Shown: positions 1 to 10,473 of the stretch, piece after piece | Numbering within the stretch: the stretch's first letter is position 1 | Layout: each line of letters starts with the position of its first letter | Origin: a virus | Lineage: Duplodnaviria; Caudoviricetes | Reading direction: 5' to 3' (one strand) | DNA length: 54,140 bases | IMG/VR virus record: IMGVR_UViG_3300012920_000052 | Location: 1-54,140 of that record | Program-made: the position numbers and the translations under genes | Notes under the pieces: model-generated | Seen by the model: only the letters and a program-made list of their open reading frames with translations | Database searches by the model: none | Told to the model about the DNA's origin: nothing

Positions 1-2098
1 CACTCATAGCAATAATGAAAGTAGTCCACACAGATTTTCTCCATTGTAGAACATAACATCCTTTTGGGTGACCTTCTCTATTTGGGTCCCCTCTCCAAAA
101 TAATGCATTTTGCACTTCCTCTCCATTAGTATCTCTTGGCCCAAACCCTACCATGTAAGGTTCATTATTACAATTATTAACATATTCTGGTGCATCCGCA
201 AGAGTTTCTTGTACTTTTTGTTCATCCGATACAAATATCCCTAGTATTGGGTCTAATTTAAACTCGTAACTACTGCCACAAAAACAAGGTTCACAGTTAG
301 GATAATTAAAAATTCTTCTGACAACATAAAAACTATGTATAATACTGTAAGCTAAGGGAAAATATAAAAATATTAATAACAAAATACACATAATAAGTGT
401 AGGTATCCAGGTAGATAAAGTACCTGCAAATAATGAAGCGGCGATGGATGCATCAAATGGATTTGCTACTACCGCGATAGATGCAATTGCTTGAGTCATT
501 TCTGCTGAAGAATCATTACAGTAGTTTACATACTGATAGACCATCATTAATAAACTTACCCCACCCGCAAAAGCTCCTAATAAAATTGTTATTAATTGAA
601 CTACTCTATTTATTTGTTGGGTAGCAAATGATAAACTCCCTCCTCTAAATGCATCATTAACAGGAAATGGGTTATTTGGGCAAGGACTATCTGGTGAAGG
701 GTTAATAGATTTTATACCTAAAAATCTCCACCTACTATTAGCTGTTGTTAAAGCACTTCCTTTTCGTACATTTAACCTATAGTTGTCAATAAAACTACTT
801 ACAGTATAAACCCTATTAGGTCTAAATTCGTAAAAATAATCGGAAGCTTGATACGCGGGTGAATTTAAGACGGGTGCTGGGTCTGGGTAGTCTTCAAAAT
901 TTTCAGAAAAAGTATATGAAGCGTCAATATTGTCATTATATTCTCTAAGATTAGGTACCAAATACCTACCACTCCTAACTTCACCACCAGAGGCGTCTAA
1001 AGTTACCCTAAATCTGTACCTTGCTCTAGTAGGTATACCTACTTTTGGGTCTGAGGATATAATCTGTTCACCGTATTCATTAGTAACTAAAAAATCTAAA
1101 TTCATGGGTAACTGAGTTACCCAGGCTCCATTTCCATCAATTACTTTACCTCCATTGTCTAATGTAAAATTTTCCAAAGTGGGGCACCCTTCATTATCTT
1201 TAATTATAGTATGTCTGATAGCTTCTATTGTTCCAGTACCTGTACTTAAATCACACATGGAACCTTGTTTTTTAGTAGGCATACCATCTATACTCACATA
1301 ATTATTATCGTTATCTGTAATTACAGAACCCATAAAAGTTGCACTGGGAATAATCTCCACCCCCGAATCCCTTAAATCAAAATCCATTCTAGTGATACCT
1401 ATACCACACAATTCATCATCACCCCAAAAAGGGACAACTTCAACAGCTTTATTTTGTATAACAATTTGTGGTAAAGTGTCCAAGTTTTCAGATGTTTTAA
1501 AATCTAAAGAACTTTCAAACTGACTAGGGCTAAGTCCTTGCCTAATAAACTGGTAGGGCCTCATCGAATAACACCCAATATCACTAACGTCAATACTTGC
1601 GTGAATATTTTGATTACCTAAAGGAACACCCCATAACATGTAATCACCACTTTCATTAGTTTTAGTAGTGTATTTGTAATATTTTTCAAAAACTTCTAAT
1701 ATAATAGGATTGTTTATAGCTTCTTTAGCTGTAAAAAAACTACCAGTAGCTTTGTGATTACAACTTTCTGAATACTTTGGTAAAAGATTATATCTGTAAC
1801 CTTCTTCATTTTTATCTGTTACTGTTTTATAAGGGTATAGTTCGGAAATAACTGGGTCTAGTTCGTCTTCTTCAGTAAGAGGCACAAATATAGAAATTTT
1901 AGCGTTAGGTATTCCGAATCCACCGTTGGCAACAGCTCTACCCACAATTACACCGTAATCCGCACACATTCTAGCGTACACATCCGACTTTACAATTTTA
2001 AGACTTAGTATTTCTAGTTGGTCGAAATCTTGTTCTAAGGTTACTTGTATGTGTTTGTCCGAATTGGTTTCTGCTTTTATCCTATATGATTTTGCCAT
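1..2098 (-). CDS. Large virion/baseplate-associated protein, partial (runs off the left end)
   Basis: Not in the ORF track because it has no stop in the window. ATG at 2098 (MAKSYRIKAETNSDKHIQVTLEQDFDQLEILSLK...) lies behind a TATTTAT box; frame spot-checked near 541-660. N-terminal GVIVGRAVANGGFGIPNAKISIF...TKTNESGDYMLWGVPLG resembles a carboxypeptidase-regulatory-like beta sandwich. Hydrophobic segments near 340-600. Confidence 0.75.
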   Translation of the reverse strand, partial: MAKSYRIKAETNSDKHIQVTLEQDFDQLEILSLKIVKSDVYARMCADYGVIVGRAVANGGFGIPNAKISIFVPLTEEDELDPVISELYPYKTVTDKNEEGYRYNLLPKYSESCNHKATGSFFTAKEAINNPIILEVFEKYYKYTTKTNESGDYMLWGVPLGNQNIHASIDVSDIGCYSMRPYQFIRQGLSPSQFESSLDFKTSENLDTLPQIVIQNKAVEVVPFWGDDELCGIGITRMDFDLRDSGVEIIPSATFMGSVITDNDNNYVSIDGMPTKKQGSMCDLSTGTGTIEAIRHTIIKDNEGCPTLENFTLDNGGKVIDGNGAWVTQLPMNLDFLVTNEYGEQIISSDPKVGIPTRARYRFRVTLDASGGEVRSGRYLVPNLREYNDNIDASYTFSENFEDYPDPAPVLNSPAYQASDYFYEFRPNRVYTVSSFIDNYRLNVRKGSALTTANSRWRFLGIKSINPSPDSPCPNNPFPVNDAFRGGSLSFATQQINRVVQLITILLGAFAGGVSLLMMVYQYVNYCNDSSAEMTQAIASIAVVANPFDASIAASLFAGTLSTWIPTLIMCILLLIFLYFPLAYSIIHSFYVVRRIFNYPNCEPCFCGSSYEFKLDPILGIFVSDEQKVQETLADAPEYVNNCNNEPYMVGFGPRDTNGEEVQNALFWRGDPNREGHPKGCYVLQWRKSVWTTFIIAMS

Positions 2099-2172
2099 AC
2101 ACTTTCTTTTATAAAATAAATAGTTATGTAGTTAAAATCAAATTTAAACTAAAGGGTAAATATGTAAACCTA

Positions 2173-4026
2173 TTATGATACTGTAGCTTGTAATGTAGAT
2201 TTAACTCTCACTACAATATCTTTTGTTGGAAATTTTATTTGAAATGATTGTGTTGGTTGTGAAAATACTACTCCGTCAATTAATTCTATTTGTTTGGTTT
2301 CAGGGTCGGAGTATCTTTGCGAGACTTCGTTACTAGAGTATTGTCCCCCAACTTTATTGTATAATCTTAAGTCAATTAAATTTATTACTCCATCCTGAGA
2401 TGAAATATTTTTCGTTAACTCACCAACAAAAAGGTCTGTGCCCATTTCTCTATTATTTGGTGAAAAGAAAGATTGTGTTGTGTTGATGACGTTACTGATT
2501 ATAACCCCACTATTAAATGATGGGTCTATCAATAAATCCATTTCAATACCTAAATCTATTACCTGTGCTGGTGAAACAACTATGTAATCATTTAACATTC
2601 TAAAGTCGGATAAGTAATTAGCTATATTTTCCATTAAAGTCGTACTTACTCTGGAAGTTAGACTACCGTCTGTATTATAGGAAAGTAAATTAACGATTAT
2701 TTTATTTTCAATTTCCATTATTCCACACTTTGCTGGAGCACCAAACACTGAAGGCATAGTATCAATTAAAGATTTATAATCTTGTATTGTTACCGCTCTT
2801 TTTTGTGCAGCAAAATTAAAACCAACATAATTCCTAACTTCTTCCACACTGGGTTGGTTAGCCCCTCCTACCGCTGCGGTAACATTATTAACTTGTAACG
2901 AATTTTGTACTGATTGATTTATATTGTTATTTGGTCCATTTATAACAAAATCTATGGTCCCTAAATTAGTTATACTGTTTGGTCCAACATTTGTAGTTTT
3001 ACCACCACCGACTCTATATTGAATAAAAATAGTACTATTACTTTTAGGTGTACTACCTAAAGATAAGTTATTCATATACTTACTCAAATCCATAGCAAGT
3101 CCTTGTTGGGTGAAATCATCTAAACTATCTTGTCCACTACTGGTACCACCACCCAATGTAAGATAAAAGAAACCTTCAGGGGTATATTCAGTTATAAATC
3201 TCTGATTAACACTTTCCCATTTTCCAACTTTAACACCAGGTAAGTCGGAAGGTTTAGTAGTATCAACCATAAAAACTTTATCTTGAGCTAAAGCATCTAC
3301 TTCATACCATTTGTTATCGGAAGTTAAAAATTCAGTAGCTTTAGGTATAGCTTGTATATTAGTTCCATCTTTTTGGATGACTCCCGTAACACCTAACACA
3401 TTTTTTTCAGGTAAAAATATTTTTAAAAATGGTGAAACATTAACGTCTGTTATAACTTTTTTGAATACTTTGGTGATTCCATTAACCACCACCTCTCTTT
3501 TAGTTATGGTATAACTTACTATATTACCATTAGCGTCAAAGTTTGGTACTTTGGTTCGGTTAGGGAATCCTGTAGAGTCAAATGGTAAAGAAAAATCTAC
3601 ATCGTGTACATTTTCAAACACTTGTCCAGCACCCACAACTTGTGAACCCCTCCTTAATGTGCCCAAATATCTAAAATCTTCCTTATCTCCCCCACCAGAA
3701 GTTTGTAATATAGGAACGGTAAGTGAAAAATCACAAACAGAAACAGATGGTCTATTACCTGGTAATTTTAAACCATATGTTCTAGCTATATTATATAGGG
3801 AAGACCTTTGATTTGCGTATTGTAATACTGTCTCTTGTAAAGACCTGTCTATATGGTAATGTAAATTGTCTGCAACCGCAGCGTTTAAATCTAAAAATAC
3901 AGAAAAGATGGAAGCGTCATTAGCGTTCTGTATTAAATCGGGATATTGTTGTTGTACATACGTTAATAGTTCATTCCTTATCCCTACAAAATCTCTTTCA
4001 CTGTACGATATTTTATTATTAGCCAT
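2173..4026 (-). CDS. Baseplate wedge subunit (T4 gp6 / baseplate J-like)
   Basis: 617 aa; N-terminal 'YSERDFVGIRNEL', 'YRVGGG', 'AVGGANQPSVEEVR...AQKRAVTIQDY' typical of gp6-like proteins; next to a gp25-like gene. Confidence 0.85.
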   Translation of the reverse strand: MANNKISYSERDFVGIRNELLTYVQQQYPDLIQNANDASIFSVFLDLNAAVADNLHYHIDRSLQETVLQYANQRSSLYNIARTYGLKLPGNRPSVSVCDFSLTVPILQTSGGGDKEDFRYLGTLRRGSQVVGAGQVFENVHDVDFSLPFDSTGFPNRTKVPNFDANGNIVSYTITKREVVVNGITKVFKKVITDVNVSPFLKIFLPEKNVLGVTGVIQKDGTNIQAIPKATEFLTSDNKWYEVDALAQDKVFMVDTTKPSDLPGVKVGKWESVNQRFITEYTPEGFFYLTLGGGTSSGQDSLDDFTQQGLAMDLSKYMNNLSLGSTPKSNSTIFIQYRVGGGKTTNVGPNSITNLGTIDFVINGPNNNINQSVQNSLQVNNVTAAVGGANQPSVEEVRNYVGFNFAAQKRAVTIQDYKSLIDTMPSVFGAPAKCGIMEIENKIIVNLLSYNTDGSLTSRVSTTLMENIANYLSDFRMLNDYIVVSPAQVIDLGIEMDLLIDPSFNSGVIISNVINTTQSFFSPNNREMGTDLFVGELTKNISSQDGVINLIDLRLYNKVGGQYSSNEVSQRYSDPETKQIELIDGVVFSQPTQSFQIKFPTKDIVVRVKSTLQATVS

Positions 4027-4027
4027 A

Positions 4028-4486
4028 TTATAAATTTATTATTACAAAATCTTTAGTTTCAAAAGCTTCATTAGTTATTGTAAATTCTAAAGTTACTTTT
4101 GCGGTGTGTTCTTTAGTGCCTTGACCAGCTACTCTATAAACTCTAGGGTCATTATCAGTTACAACAGTACCTGGTAATTCCTCAGCTTCTAATGCTGGTT
4201 CTATTTTAATATTATCTATTTTGAGATTGGGAATGTACTTGATTACTTGTTCCCTAATTTCAGACTGAATAGAGTCAAAGGTAATGTTATCCAAAGGTTC
4301 AAAAATATATTCATATAAGGTAGTTCCAAAATCTGGTAAAAAATATCTACTTCCTTTTCTAGTTAATAACAAATGAATTAAATTTGATTTTATTTCATCT
4401 TCAGTAGTGGGAGTAAGTTGCAAATAGTAACCATCTCTACTGTCCTGAAAAGGAAAATCTATTCCATATGTTGAAGAAGTCGGCAT
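4028..4486 (-). CDS. Baseplate wedge / sheath initiator (T4 gp25-like)
   Basis: 'IKSNLIHLLLTRKGSRYFLPDFGTTLYEYIFEP' is the GPW/gp25 signature. Confidence 0.9.
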   Translation of the reverse strand: MPTSSTYGIDFPFQDSRDGYYLQLTPTTEDEIKSNLIHLLLTRKGSRYFLPDFGTTLYEYIFEPLDNITFDSIQSEIREQVIKYIPNLKIDNIKIEPALEAEELPGTVVTDNDPRVYRVAGQGTKEHTAKVTLEFTITNEAFETKDFVIINL

Positions 4487-4520
4487 TGTTTTTTATTTAT
4501 AAATACTTTAAACTTAAAAT

Positions 4521-4739
4521 CTATAGTGTAATTGTTAACACATTTGAATTATATAAGTGTGGTTTACAATTTAGTCCGTAGTTTTCCACCACTTCTTTTA
4601 CAACACCTTTAACAACTTTACTATCACCAGTTACAATTTCTAATTTTTTACTTCCAAATTGTATGTGGTCATATATAAAAGAATCCACAACATTTATAGC
4701 ATTATCTATCTTGTAACCGTGTAAGTCTAGTTTATACAT
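4521..4739 (-). CDS. Stand-alone Smr (small MutS-related) domain protein
   Basis: 72 aa; begins 'LDLHG' and has the 'IVTG' strand of Smr domains. Confidence 0.75.
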   Translation of the reverse strand: MYKLDLHGYKIDNAINVVDSFIYDHIQFGSKKLEIVTGDSKVVKGVVKEVVENYGLNCKPHLYNSNVLTITL

Positions 4740-4758
4740 TTTCTTTTAAATATAAATA

Positions 4759-6531
4759 CTACCCTTCACAACTAACACACTCTTCCATGGCTTTGGCAGC
4801 GATATCTCCCCTTAATACACTTTCAGTTCTAACGTAATATAATGTTTTAACTCCCACCTTCCAAGCTTCTAAATGTACTTGGTTTAACCATTTTGGTGTT
4901 GCTTCTTTAGGGAATGCTAAATTAAGTGATACTGCTTGGTCAACGTATTGCTGTCTTATTCCCGCTTGTCTTACTAATTCTAATTGATTTACTTCTTTAA
5001 ATGTTTTAAAAACTTCTTTTACTGGTACAAAATCTATATGTGAATTTTCTTTTTCATCTAAATGTGTGATTTTACCATTGATATATCCCCAGTTATCCAA
5101 TTCTTTTATATCTTGAACACTACCACCGTCTGCTAATATTTTATCCCAAGTATCTTTATTATTAATACCTATTTTTCTAAATATTTTTTCTAACTCTTTA
5201 TTTTTTCTGATAAATGTACCTTTAGCACTTTGGTCTGTATATACATTTGCAGGTAAAGGTTCTATCCCTGAGCTTACACCACCAGCTAATTTACTATTGG
5301 ATACAGTCGGTGCAACAGCTCGTAAATGAGTGTTTCTAAATCCACTTCCTGCACACCAAAGTGGTTCACCATACTCTGTAGCTAAGTCTCTAGAAGCTTG
5401 TTCGGATTCAGTTTTAATTTGACCAAAAATTCTTCTTGTTTCAAATTGTGCTGGTAGACCTTCAAAAGGTATTCCTCTTTGTTGTAAATATGTATGCCAT
5501 CCTAGTACTCCTAAACCTAAAGCTCTTCCTTTTTCTGCACTTCTTACTGCATTTTCAAAACCTTTTCTATATTTAGCCTTTTGAATAAATTCTTCAAGAA
5601 CACCATCTAAAAACCAAGTAGCTGTATAGATTAAATCGGTATCTTTCCATTCATCATATCTTGCAAGATTAAGAGAACTTAAACAACAAACAAAAGAATG
5701 ATTTTCGTCAGTATGTAAAACAATTTCTGAACATATGTTAGTCATATACACTTTTAAACCATTTTTTTTATAAGATTCTGGATTAGTCTTATTAACATTA
5801 CCTCTATACATAATGTAAGGTTCACCAGTTTGTCTACGTTTCTTAATTAAAGATGCCCATTTTTGACGTGACTCCCTATCTCCAGCTTCCAATTTTCTCA
5901 TAAATTTATCACCTACTACCGCACACTGGTGTAAGTTTAGTGATTGTCTATTTACGTCACCTTTAGGTTCTCTGATTTCTAACCAATCCATAAAATCATT
6001 ATGTTCAATATTAAGATTAACTGAAGCCGCTCCTCTTCTAACCGCACCTTGATTGGTTGCCAAAATTGTAGAATCATATATTTTACAAAAAGGTACAACA
6101 CCATCACTAGTTCCATTATCCGTAATTGTTGAACCGGCCGGTCTGATTTGATTTATGCCAATTCCCACGCCACCACCGTGTTTAGCTAATAACATCATCT
6201 CTAAATTTTTTGCTCCAATGTCCTGGATTGAGTCAGCAACGTCAATTCCAAAACATGAAATAGGTAATCCTCTTTCGGTTCCAGTATTGCTTAATACTGG
6301 ACTTGCAAGGCATAACCAGCCTTTCCAAATATAATCAAAAAATTTAGTAGCTAATTGTGGTTTACCGAGTCTTTTTGCAACTGTAGTACATACCCTCCAG
6401 TATGCGTCTTTTGGTTTTTCTCCTGGTAGTAAATAACCATTAGATATAGTTTGTATATAAACGTGTGTATTTGCCCAACTTGGGAAGTCCACGTCTACTT
6501 CCCAGCCCAAATGTTCTGCGTAATTTTTCAT
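4759..6531 (-). CDS. nrdA: Ribonucleotide reductase class I alpha subunit (short, no ATP cone evident)
   Basis: ISCF, GGGVG, RRGA, TNICSEI (catalytic Asn/Cys/Glu), APTVS, KTLYY and the C-terminal CxxC in CVSCEG. Confidence 0.95.
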   Translation of the reverse strand: MKNYAEHLGWEVDVDFPSWANTHVYIQTISNGYLLPGEKPKDAYWRVCTTVAKRLGKPQLATKFFDYIWKGWLCLASPVLSNTGTERGLPISCFGIDVADSIQDIGAKNLEMMLLAKHGGGVGIGINQIRPAGSTITDNGTSDGVVPFCKIYDSTILATNQGAVRRGAASVNLNIEHNDFMDWLEIREPKGDVNRQSLNLHQCAVVGDKFMRKLEAGDRESRQKWASLIKKRRQTGEPYIMYRGNVNKTNPESYKKNGLKVYMTNICSEIVLHTDENHSFVCCLSSLNLARYDEWKDTDLIYTATWFLDGVLEEFIQKAKYRKGFENAVRSAEKGRALGLGVLGWHTYLQQRGIPFEGLPAQFETRRIFGQIKTESEQASRDLATEYGEPLWCAGSGFRNTHLRAVAPTVSNSKLAGGVSSGIEPLPANVYTDQSAKGTFIRKNKELEKIFRKIGINNKDTWDKILADGGSVQDIKELDNWGYINGKITHLDEKENSHIDFVPVKEVFKTFKEVNQLELVRQAGIRQQYVDQAVSLNLAFPKEATPKWLNQVHLEAWKVGVKTLYYVRTESVLRGDIAAKAMEECVSCEG

Positions 6532-6553
6532 CTTTCTAATTAAATTTTATTAT

Positions 6554-7564
6554 TTAAAAAAGGGAATCTTCATCCCAATCATCATCTTCTCCCGCTTTAC
6601 TGTAATCAGTAGGTCTAATTGCAAAAAAGTCAGTGTGAGTTACTCCACCTGTAAGGTGATAGAACCAGTCTAATTTACTGGATTTTTCTTGATTAACAAC
6701 AAATATTTCTTCATAACCCAACTCTTTTAATTTGTCATTAGTTCTTTGTTTGATAAACTCTTTTAAGTCACTAGACTTTAAATTTTCTAAGTCACCCATT
6801 TCAAACATTTTATCAATAAATTTTTCTTCCAATTCCACAATTATTTTAGCTGCAGTGTAAATATCTTCTTTACTTTCTTCTCTTAATTCTGGGTATTCTT
6901 CACACATGTGGTTAAATAATCGACATCCCATTCTAGAATGTAATGATTCGTCTCTCACTGACCATTTCATTTGTTGGCCAATACCTTTAAGAAGGTTTCT
7001 AAGTTGGAAACTGTAGAGTACCGCAAATGATGAATACAAGGAAACACCTTCAGCAAATGCAGAAAAAATAGCTAAACTTCTGGCAACCTCTTTTCTAGCT
7101 TCTGGGTCATCGTTTAAATCATGATGAATATAATCTGCTTTAGTATTCATCAATAATTCAAATTTTTCTGAAGTAGCCTCTTCATGTAAAAAGGCTTCGA
7201 AATCTTCAAGACCTAAAGTTTCATTTAGATATGAATATGCTACAGCATGAATAGTCTCTTGGCTACCAAACATCATAGCCATTTGTCTGATTTCGTGTTT
7301 AGGGAACCAAGCTGTTACCATATTTGTCCAATAGTCTGAAACCGCACACTCCGTTTGTGCAAATCCTAAAAGGATATTCCCCACTAAATTTTTTTCTGAC
7401 TCATTTAAATTTTCTTTCCAATCTTTAACATCTCCTTGCATAGATATTTCAGTGTGTAACCAAAAGGCTTGTGCTTGTTTAAGCCAACCTTCAGTATAAT
7501 ACTCAGGGTATTCAAATGGTTTATATGCTATCCTTTCTGTAAATAAATTATTATTATCTTTCAT
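6554..7564 (-). CDS. nrdB: Ribonucleotide reductase class I beta subunit
   Basis: FW motif, ETIHAVAY (metal ligand and radical Tyr), EGVSLYSSF, RDESLH di-metal motifs; adjacent to nrdA. Confidence 0.95.
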   Translation of the reverse strand: MKDNNNLFTERIAYKPFEYPEYYTEGWLKQAQAFWLHTEISMQGDVKDWKENLNESEKNLVGNILLGFAQTECAVSDYWTNMVTAWFPKHEIRQMAMMFGSQETIHAVAYSYLNETLGLEDFEAFLHEEATSEKFELLMNTKADYIHHDLNDDPEARKEVARSLAIFSAFAEGVSLYSSFAVLYSFQLRNLLKGIGQQMKWSVRDESLHSRMGCRLFNHMCEEYPELREESKEDIYTAAKIIVELEEKFIDKMFEMGDLENLKSSDLKEFIKQRTNDKLKELGYEEIFVVNQEKSSKLDWFYHLTGGVTHTDFFAIRPTDYSKAGEDDDWDEDSLF

Positions 7565-7575
7565 TTTTTATTTTT

Positions 7576-8958
7576 TTATTGTTGATTTATTTGTTGATTT
7601 CTTCTTGCGAGAGCGTTTCTAACTCTTTCCGCGTTTCTTTGTTCTCTTTCTTGTTCCAAACCTAGTAAAGTTTGTGATTGTTCAGTATCTATTTCTAATG
7701 TAGCGTTATTAAATTTACAATTTTCAAAAACAATACCGTCTTTACCTACCCTGGACTTGGTAATAGCTATAGTAGCTAATCCCATTTCTTTTTGTTGTAG
7801 AGTTTTAGCTACAGTAATAATAACGTGACCTACTTGTGCCTTTTTAATTGACCCACCCATCATATCTGTAGTTACTACTTCGGAACTAATAGATGTTCTA
7901 TTTCCTTGTGCGGCTGTCCAACCAGCAACATCTAACTCTGTACACATACTTTCAAATTGTCTCATAACTAATCCTTCTCCTTGCCAAACTTCACTAAAAT
8001 GTTTGTCTGGTAAAATACAATCTATATAGTCTACAACAATCATATCAAATTTATTTCCATCAGCAATTAATTTTCTAATTCTATTTTTTATAGCTGAAAT
8101 AGTAATTCTATCTGATGGTAATTTTTCCAAAATTAATTTACCTCTACCTTGTCTGTATGGTTTAATTTTTTCTAAAACTTCTTCTTTACGAGTAGATTGT
8201 TCTTGTGCTGGAATCTTTGACCAACAAGTTATATGTTTTCTTTGAATTACTTTTGGGTTGTCTTCAAAAAATATCTGTAATACGTTAAATCCCATGTTAT
8301 AAGCGGTATTAGCTATTTTTGTTAGTACGGTTGTTTTACCGACACCAGTTGGTGCGAGAAACACCCCTATTTCACCTTTAGCTAATCCCCCATCTAATAC
8401 ATTGTCTATACCATTTATACCTAAAGGTATTGGGTCTCTAAAGTCATCAACTAAAGCCTCGTCTAGTTCTTCAAAAACGTCCATAGAAGTGTCGTCACTT
8501 TGACCAACCTGAATTGCGTCTCGTATAAAACCTTCACATCTATCGTAGGATTCAAAGTCTCCTTTTTCTAAAATTTTACTAACTTTAGTTATAGCTTTTT
8601 TTAATTCTTGTTGTTTACAAAACTTTAAAGCTTTTTCTTGTACAAATAAATGGTCTTCTAGGGTACACTCTTTAATGTCACCTAACATATCAAATACTGT
8701 TTTTTTAGCCATTTCAGATGAGACTTCAAGGCGAGTAACTTGGTCCAACACATCAAATGTTGGTATTGTGTTGTACTTTTCAAAATATTCTTTCACCATT
8801 TGTGAAATTAATTTAAAATACTGATTATCGAAATACTTTGGGTCTATTACTTCTAGAATAGAATTAGCAAACTTTTTGTCAGTTATTAACTGATTTAAAA
8901 GTTTTATCTGAAATGTATGCCCTAGGTACCCGAAACTTTTGCTTTCCTTCATAGTCAT
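7576..8958 (-). CDS. Replicative DnaB/gp41-like helicase
   Basis: Walker A APTGVGKT, Walker B IVVDYID, 'AAQGNR', 'KSRVG' SF4 motifs. Confidence 0.9.
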   Translation of the reverse strand: MTMKESKSFGYLGHTFQIKLLNQLITDKKFANSILEVIDPKYFDNQYFKLISQMVKEYFEKYNTIPTFDVLDQVTRLEVSSEMAKKTVFDMLGDIKECTLEDHLFVQEKALKFCKQQELKKAITKVSKILEKGDFESYDRCEGFIRDAIQVGQSDDTSMDVFEELDEALVDDFRDPIPLGINGIDNVLDGGLAKGEIGVFLAPTGVGKTTVLTKIANTAYNMGFNVLQIFFEDNPKVIQRKHITCWSKIPAQEQSTRKEEVLEKIKPYRQGRGKLILEKLPSDRITISAIKNRIRKLIADGNKFDMIVVDYIDCILPDKHFSEVWQGEGLVMRQFESMCTELDVAGWTAAQGNRTSISSEVVTTDMMGGSIKKAQVGHVIITVAKTLQQKEMGLATIAITKSRVGKDGIVFENCKFNNATLEIDTEQSQTLLGLEQEREQRNAERVRNALARRNQQINQQ

Positions 8959-8984
8959 AATCTTTGGGTAATTTATAAATAGTA

Positions 8985-9434
8985 TTAAAGTGTCGTTTCT
9001 AGATATTTTTTAGTAACTTTTTCAGCCGACAAAACGTCACTTAAATCTCTTAAAAAAGAAGGGACGAAAGGTCTAATGTCCACAGTATACCTAACCTTTG
9101 CTGGGTATATCCAGGCTGGAAAAATTCTATGCATTATAACATCGTTATTTATTTTTAAGTAGATGTTAAAATTTTCCTTACCTTGTGGATTTCTGTCTTG
9201 TTCTGACAAATTGACAGTGTTTGTGTATCTATTGTAATTATCTGAAAGATAATCTATAGCCTTCATTTTTAAACTATTCTGAACATCTAGTTGTATTTCT
9301 TCGATTAAGTCATATAACTCCAATGACTTAGAATTACCATGTTTAAATCCTTTAACATTAAAAAACCTTTGACATATAATATGGTCTTCTAATGATAATA
9401 GAAATTCTAGTTTAATTATTTTTTTTTCTTCCAT
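8985..9434 (-). CDS. Hypothetical protein in the replication operon
   Basis: Closely packed between exonuclease and helicase; ATG 9434 (MEEKK) chosen because it follows the upstream stop at 9436. Confidence 0.7.
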   Translation of the reverse strand: MEEKKIIKLEFLLSLEDHIICQRFFNVKGFKHGNSKSLELYDLIEEIQLDVQNSLKMKAIDYLSDNYNRYTNTVNLSEQDRNPQGKENFNIYLKINNDVIMHRIFPAWIYPAKVRYTVDIRPFVPSFLRDLSDVLSAEKVTKKYLETTL

Positions 9435-9435
9435 T

Positions 9436-10449
9436 TTAAATTTGTTTTTCATTATAATACTTTATTTCTTTTTTTCTTAGTTTAATTAGTGGTTTGAAAA
9501 AATTAGTCCACTCGTCATTGTATTTAGGTAAGACAGTAAACAGACCATCTTCTTTCATCATTTCTAAAACATTTACGTTTTCTCTCCCTTCAGGGTCTAG
9601 AGGTTCTTCTACCAATGAAAGTATTTCTGTTTTAGCCTCTTCTGTTAAAAATACATTTTTTAAATCGATAAGTCTTCTATTTATATCAAAAAAATTTTCA
9701 CCTTTTCTTCCGTCACCACAAATACCTTCATTTAGGTTTTTTAAACCCCTATCTTTACTACCTTCAATTAAAATTGTTTTAGCTTTTTCACGTATATTTT
9801 CTAATGTTAATTTTTTTTCTTGTATTTCTGGAAAATGGTTTAGGATAGATTTTTCCCCAAAGTATAACACTCCCTTTATATTATCACTACGGTCACCTAG
9901 AAGTATTTTAATTAACAGGATATTAGATATCGGTATGTTAAGTGGTATTTTACCCCACTTTATTTTGTCTTTATATGTTAATAAATTTTCATCCCTTATT
10001 AGGTAAACTCTAGTTTGTTTATTAATAAGTTGTAGTAAGTCTTTATCGTTAGTTACTATTGTGGTTTTTTCTTTTGTGTTTTGGGTGTAATATGCTATAC
10101 AATCGTCGGCTTCACAATTTTTAAATCCAGCTTGTCTAATAAAGAATTCTTCTAAGTACTGTGAAATTCTATTTTTTTGACGAAACATGTCGTCAATCTT
10201 TTCTTTACTTAGTTTCTTTTTTCTATTGGTTTTGTATTCCGAATATAATTCTCTTCTAGATTTATGGTTATTTTTACCATCCCAGAAAACAACTACTTTA
10301 TCATAGTCATACTTTTCTAAATGTTTCTTAATTGTATTAAGAAAATAAAATATAGCTCCAAAATGTTTGTCATTGTGGTAAAAATCTTTTACACCATGAA
10401 ATCCTGTTTGTAGTACGCTATTGCCATCGACAATTAATGTCTTTAACAT
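9436..10449 (-). CDS. 5'-3' exonuclease / RNase H (T4 rnh, Pol I N-terminal family)
   Basis: LIVDGN, VVFWDG, YKTNR, EADDCIA, NDKDLLQL, GDRSDNIKGV motifs. Confidence 0.92.
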   Translation of the reverse strand: MLKTLIVDGNSVLQTGFHGVKDFYHNDKHFGAIFYFLNTIKKHLEKYDYDKVVVFWDGKNNHKSRRELYSEYKTNRKKKLSKEKIDDMFRQKNRISQYLEEFFIRQAGFKNCEADDCIAYYTQNTKEKTTIVTNDKDLLQLINKQTRVYLIRDENLLTYKDKIKWGKIPLNIPISNILLIKILLGDRSDNIKGVLYFGEKSILNHFPEIQEKKLTLENIREKAKTILIEGSKDRGLKNLNEGICGDGRKGENFFDINRRLIDLKNVFLTEEAKTEILSLVEEPLDPEGRENVNVLEMMKEDGLFTVLPKYNDEWTNFFKPLIKLRKKEIKYYNEKQI

Positions 10450-10473
10450 GTTTTTTTATTAAATGATTAAACA

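Noticed and set aside
4499-4506. Canonical T4 late promoter TATAAATA on the coding strand
   Set aside because: It appears in coding orientation only where the site is near-palindromic (TATTTATAAATA); the consistently oriented motif is TATTTAT.
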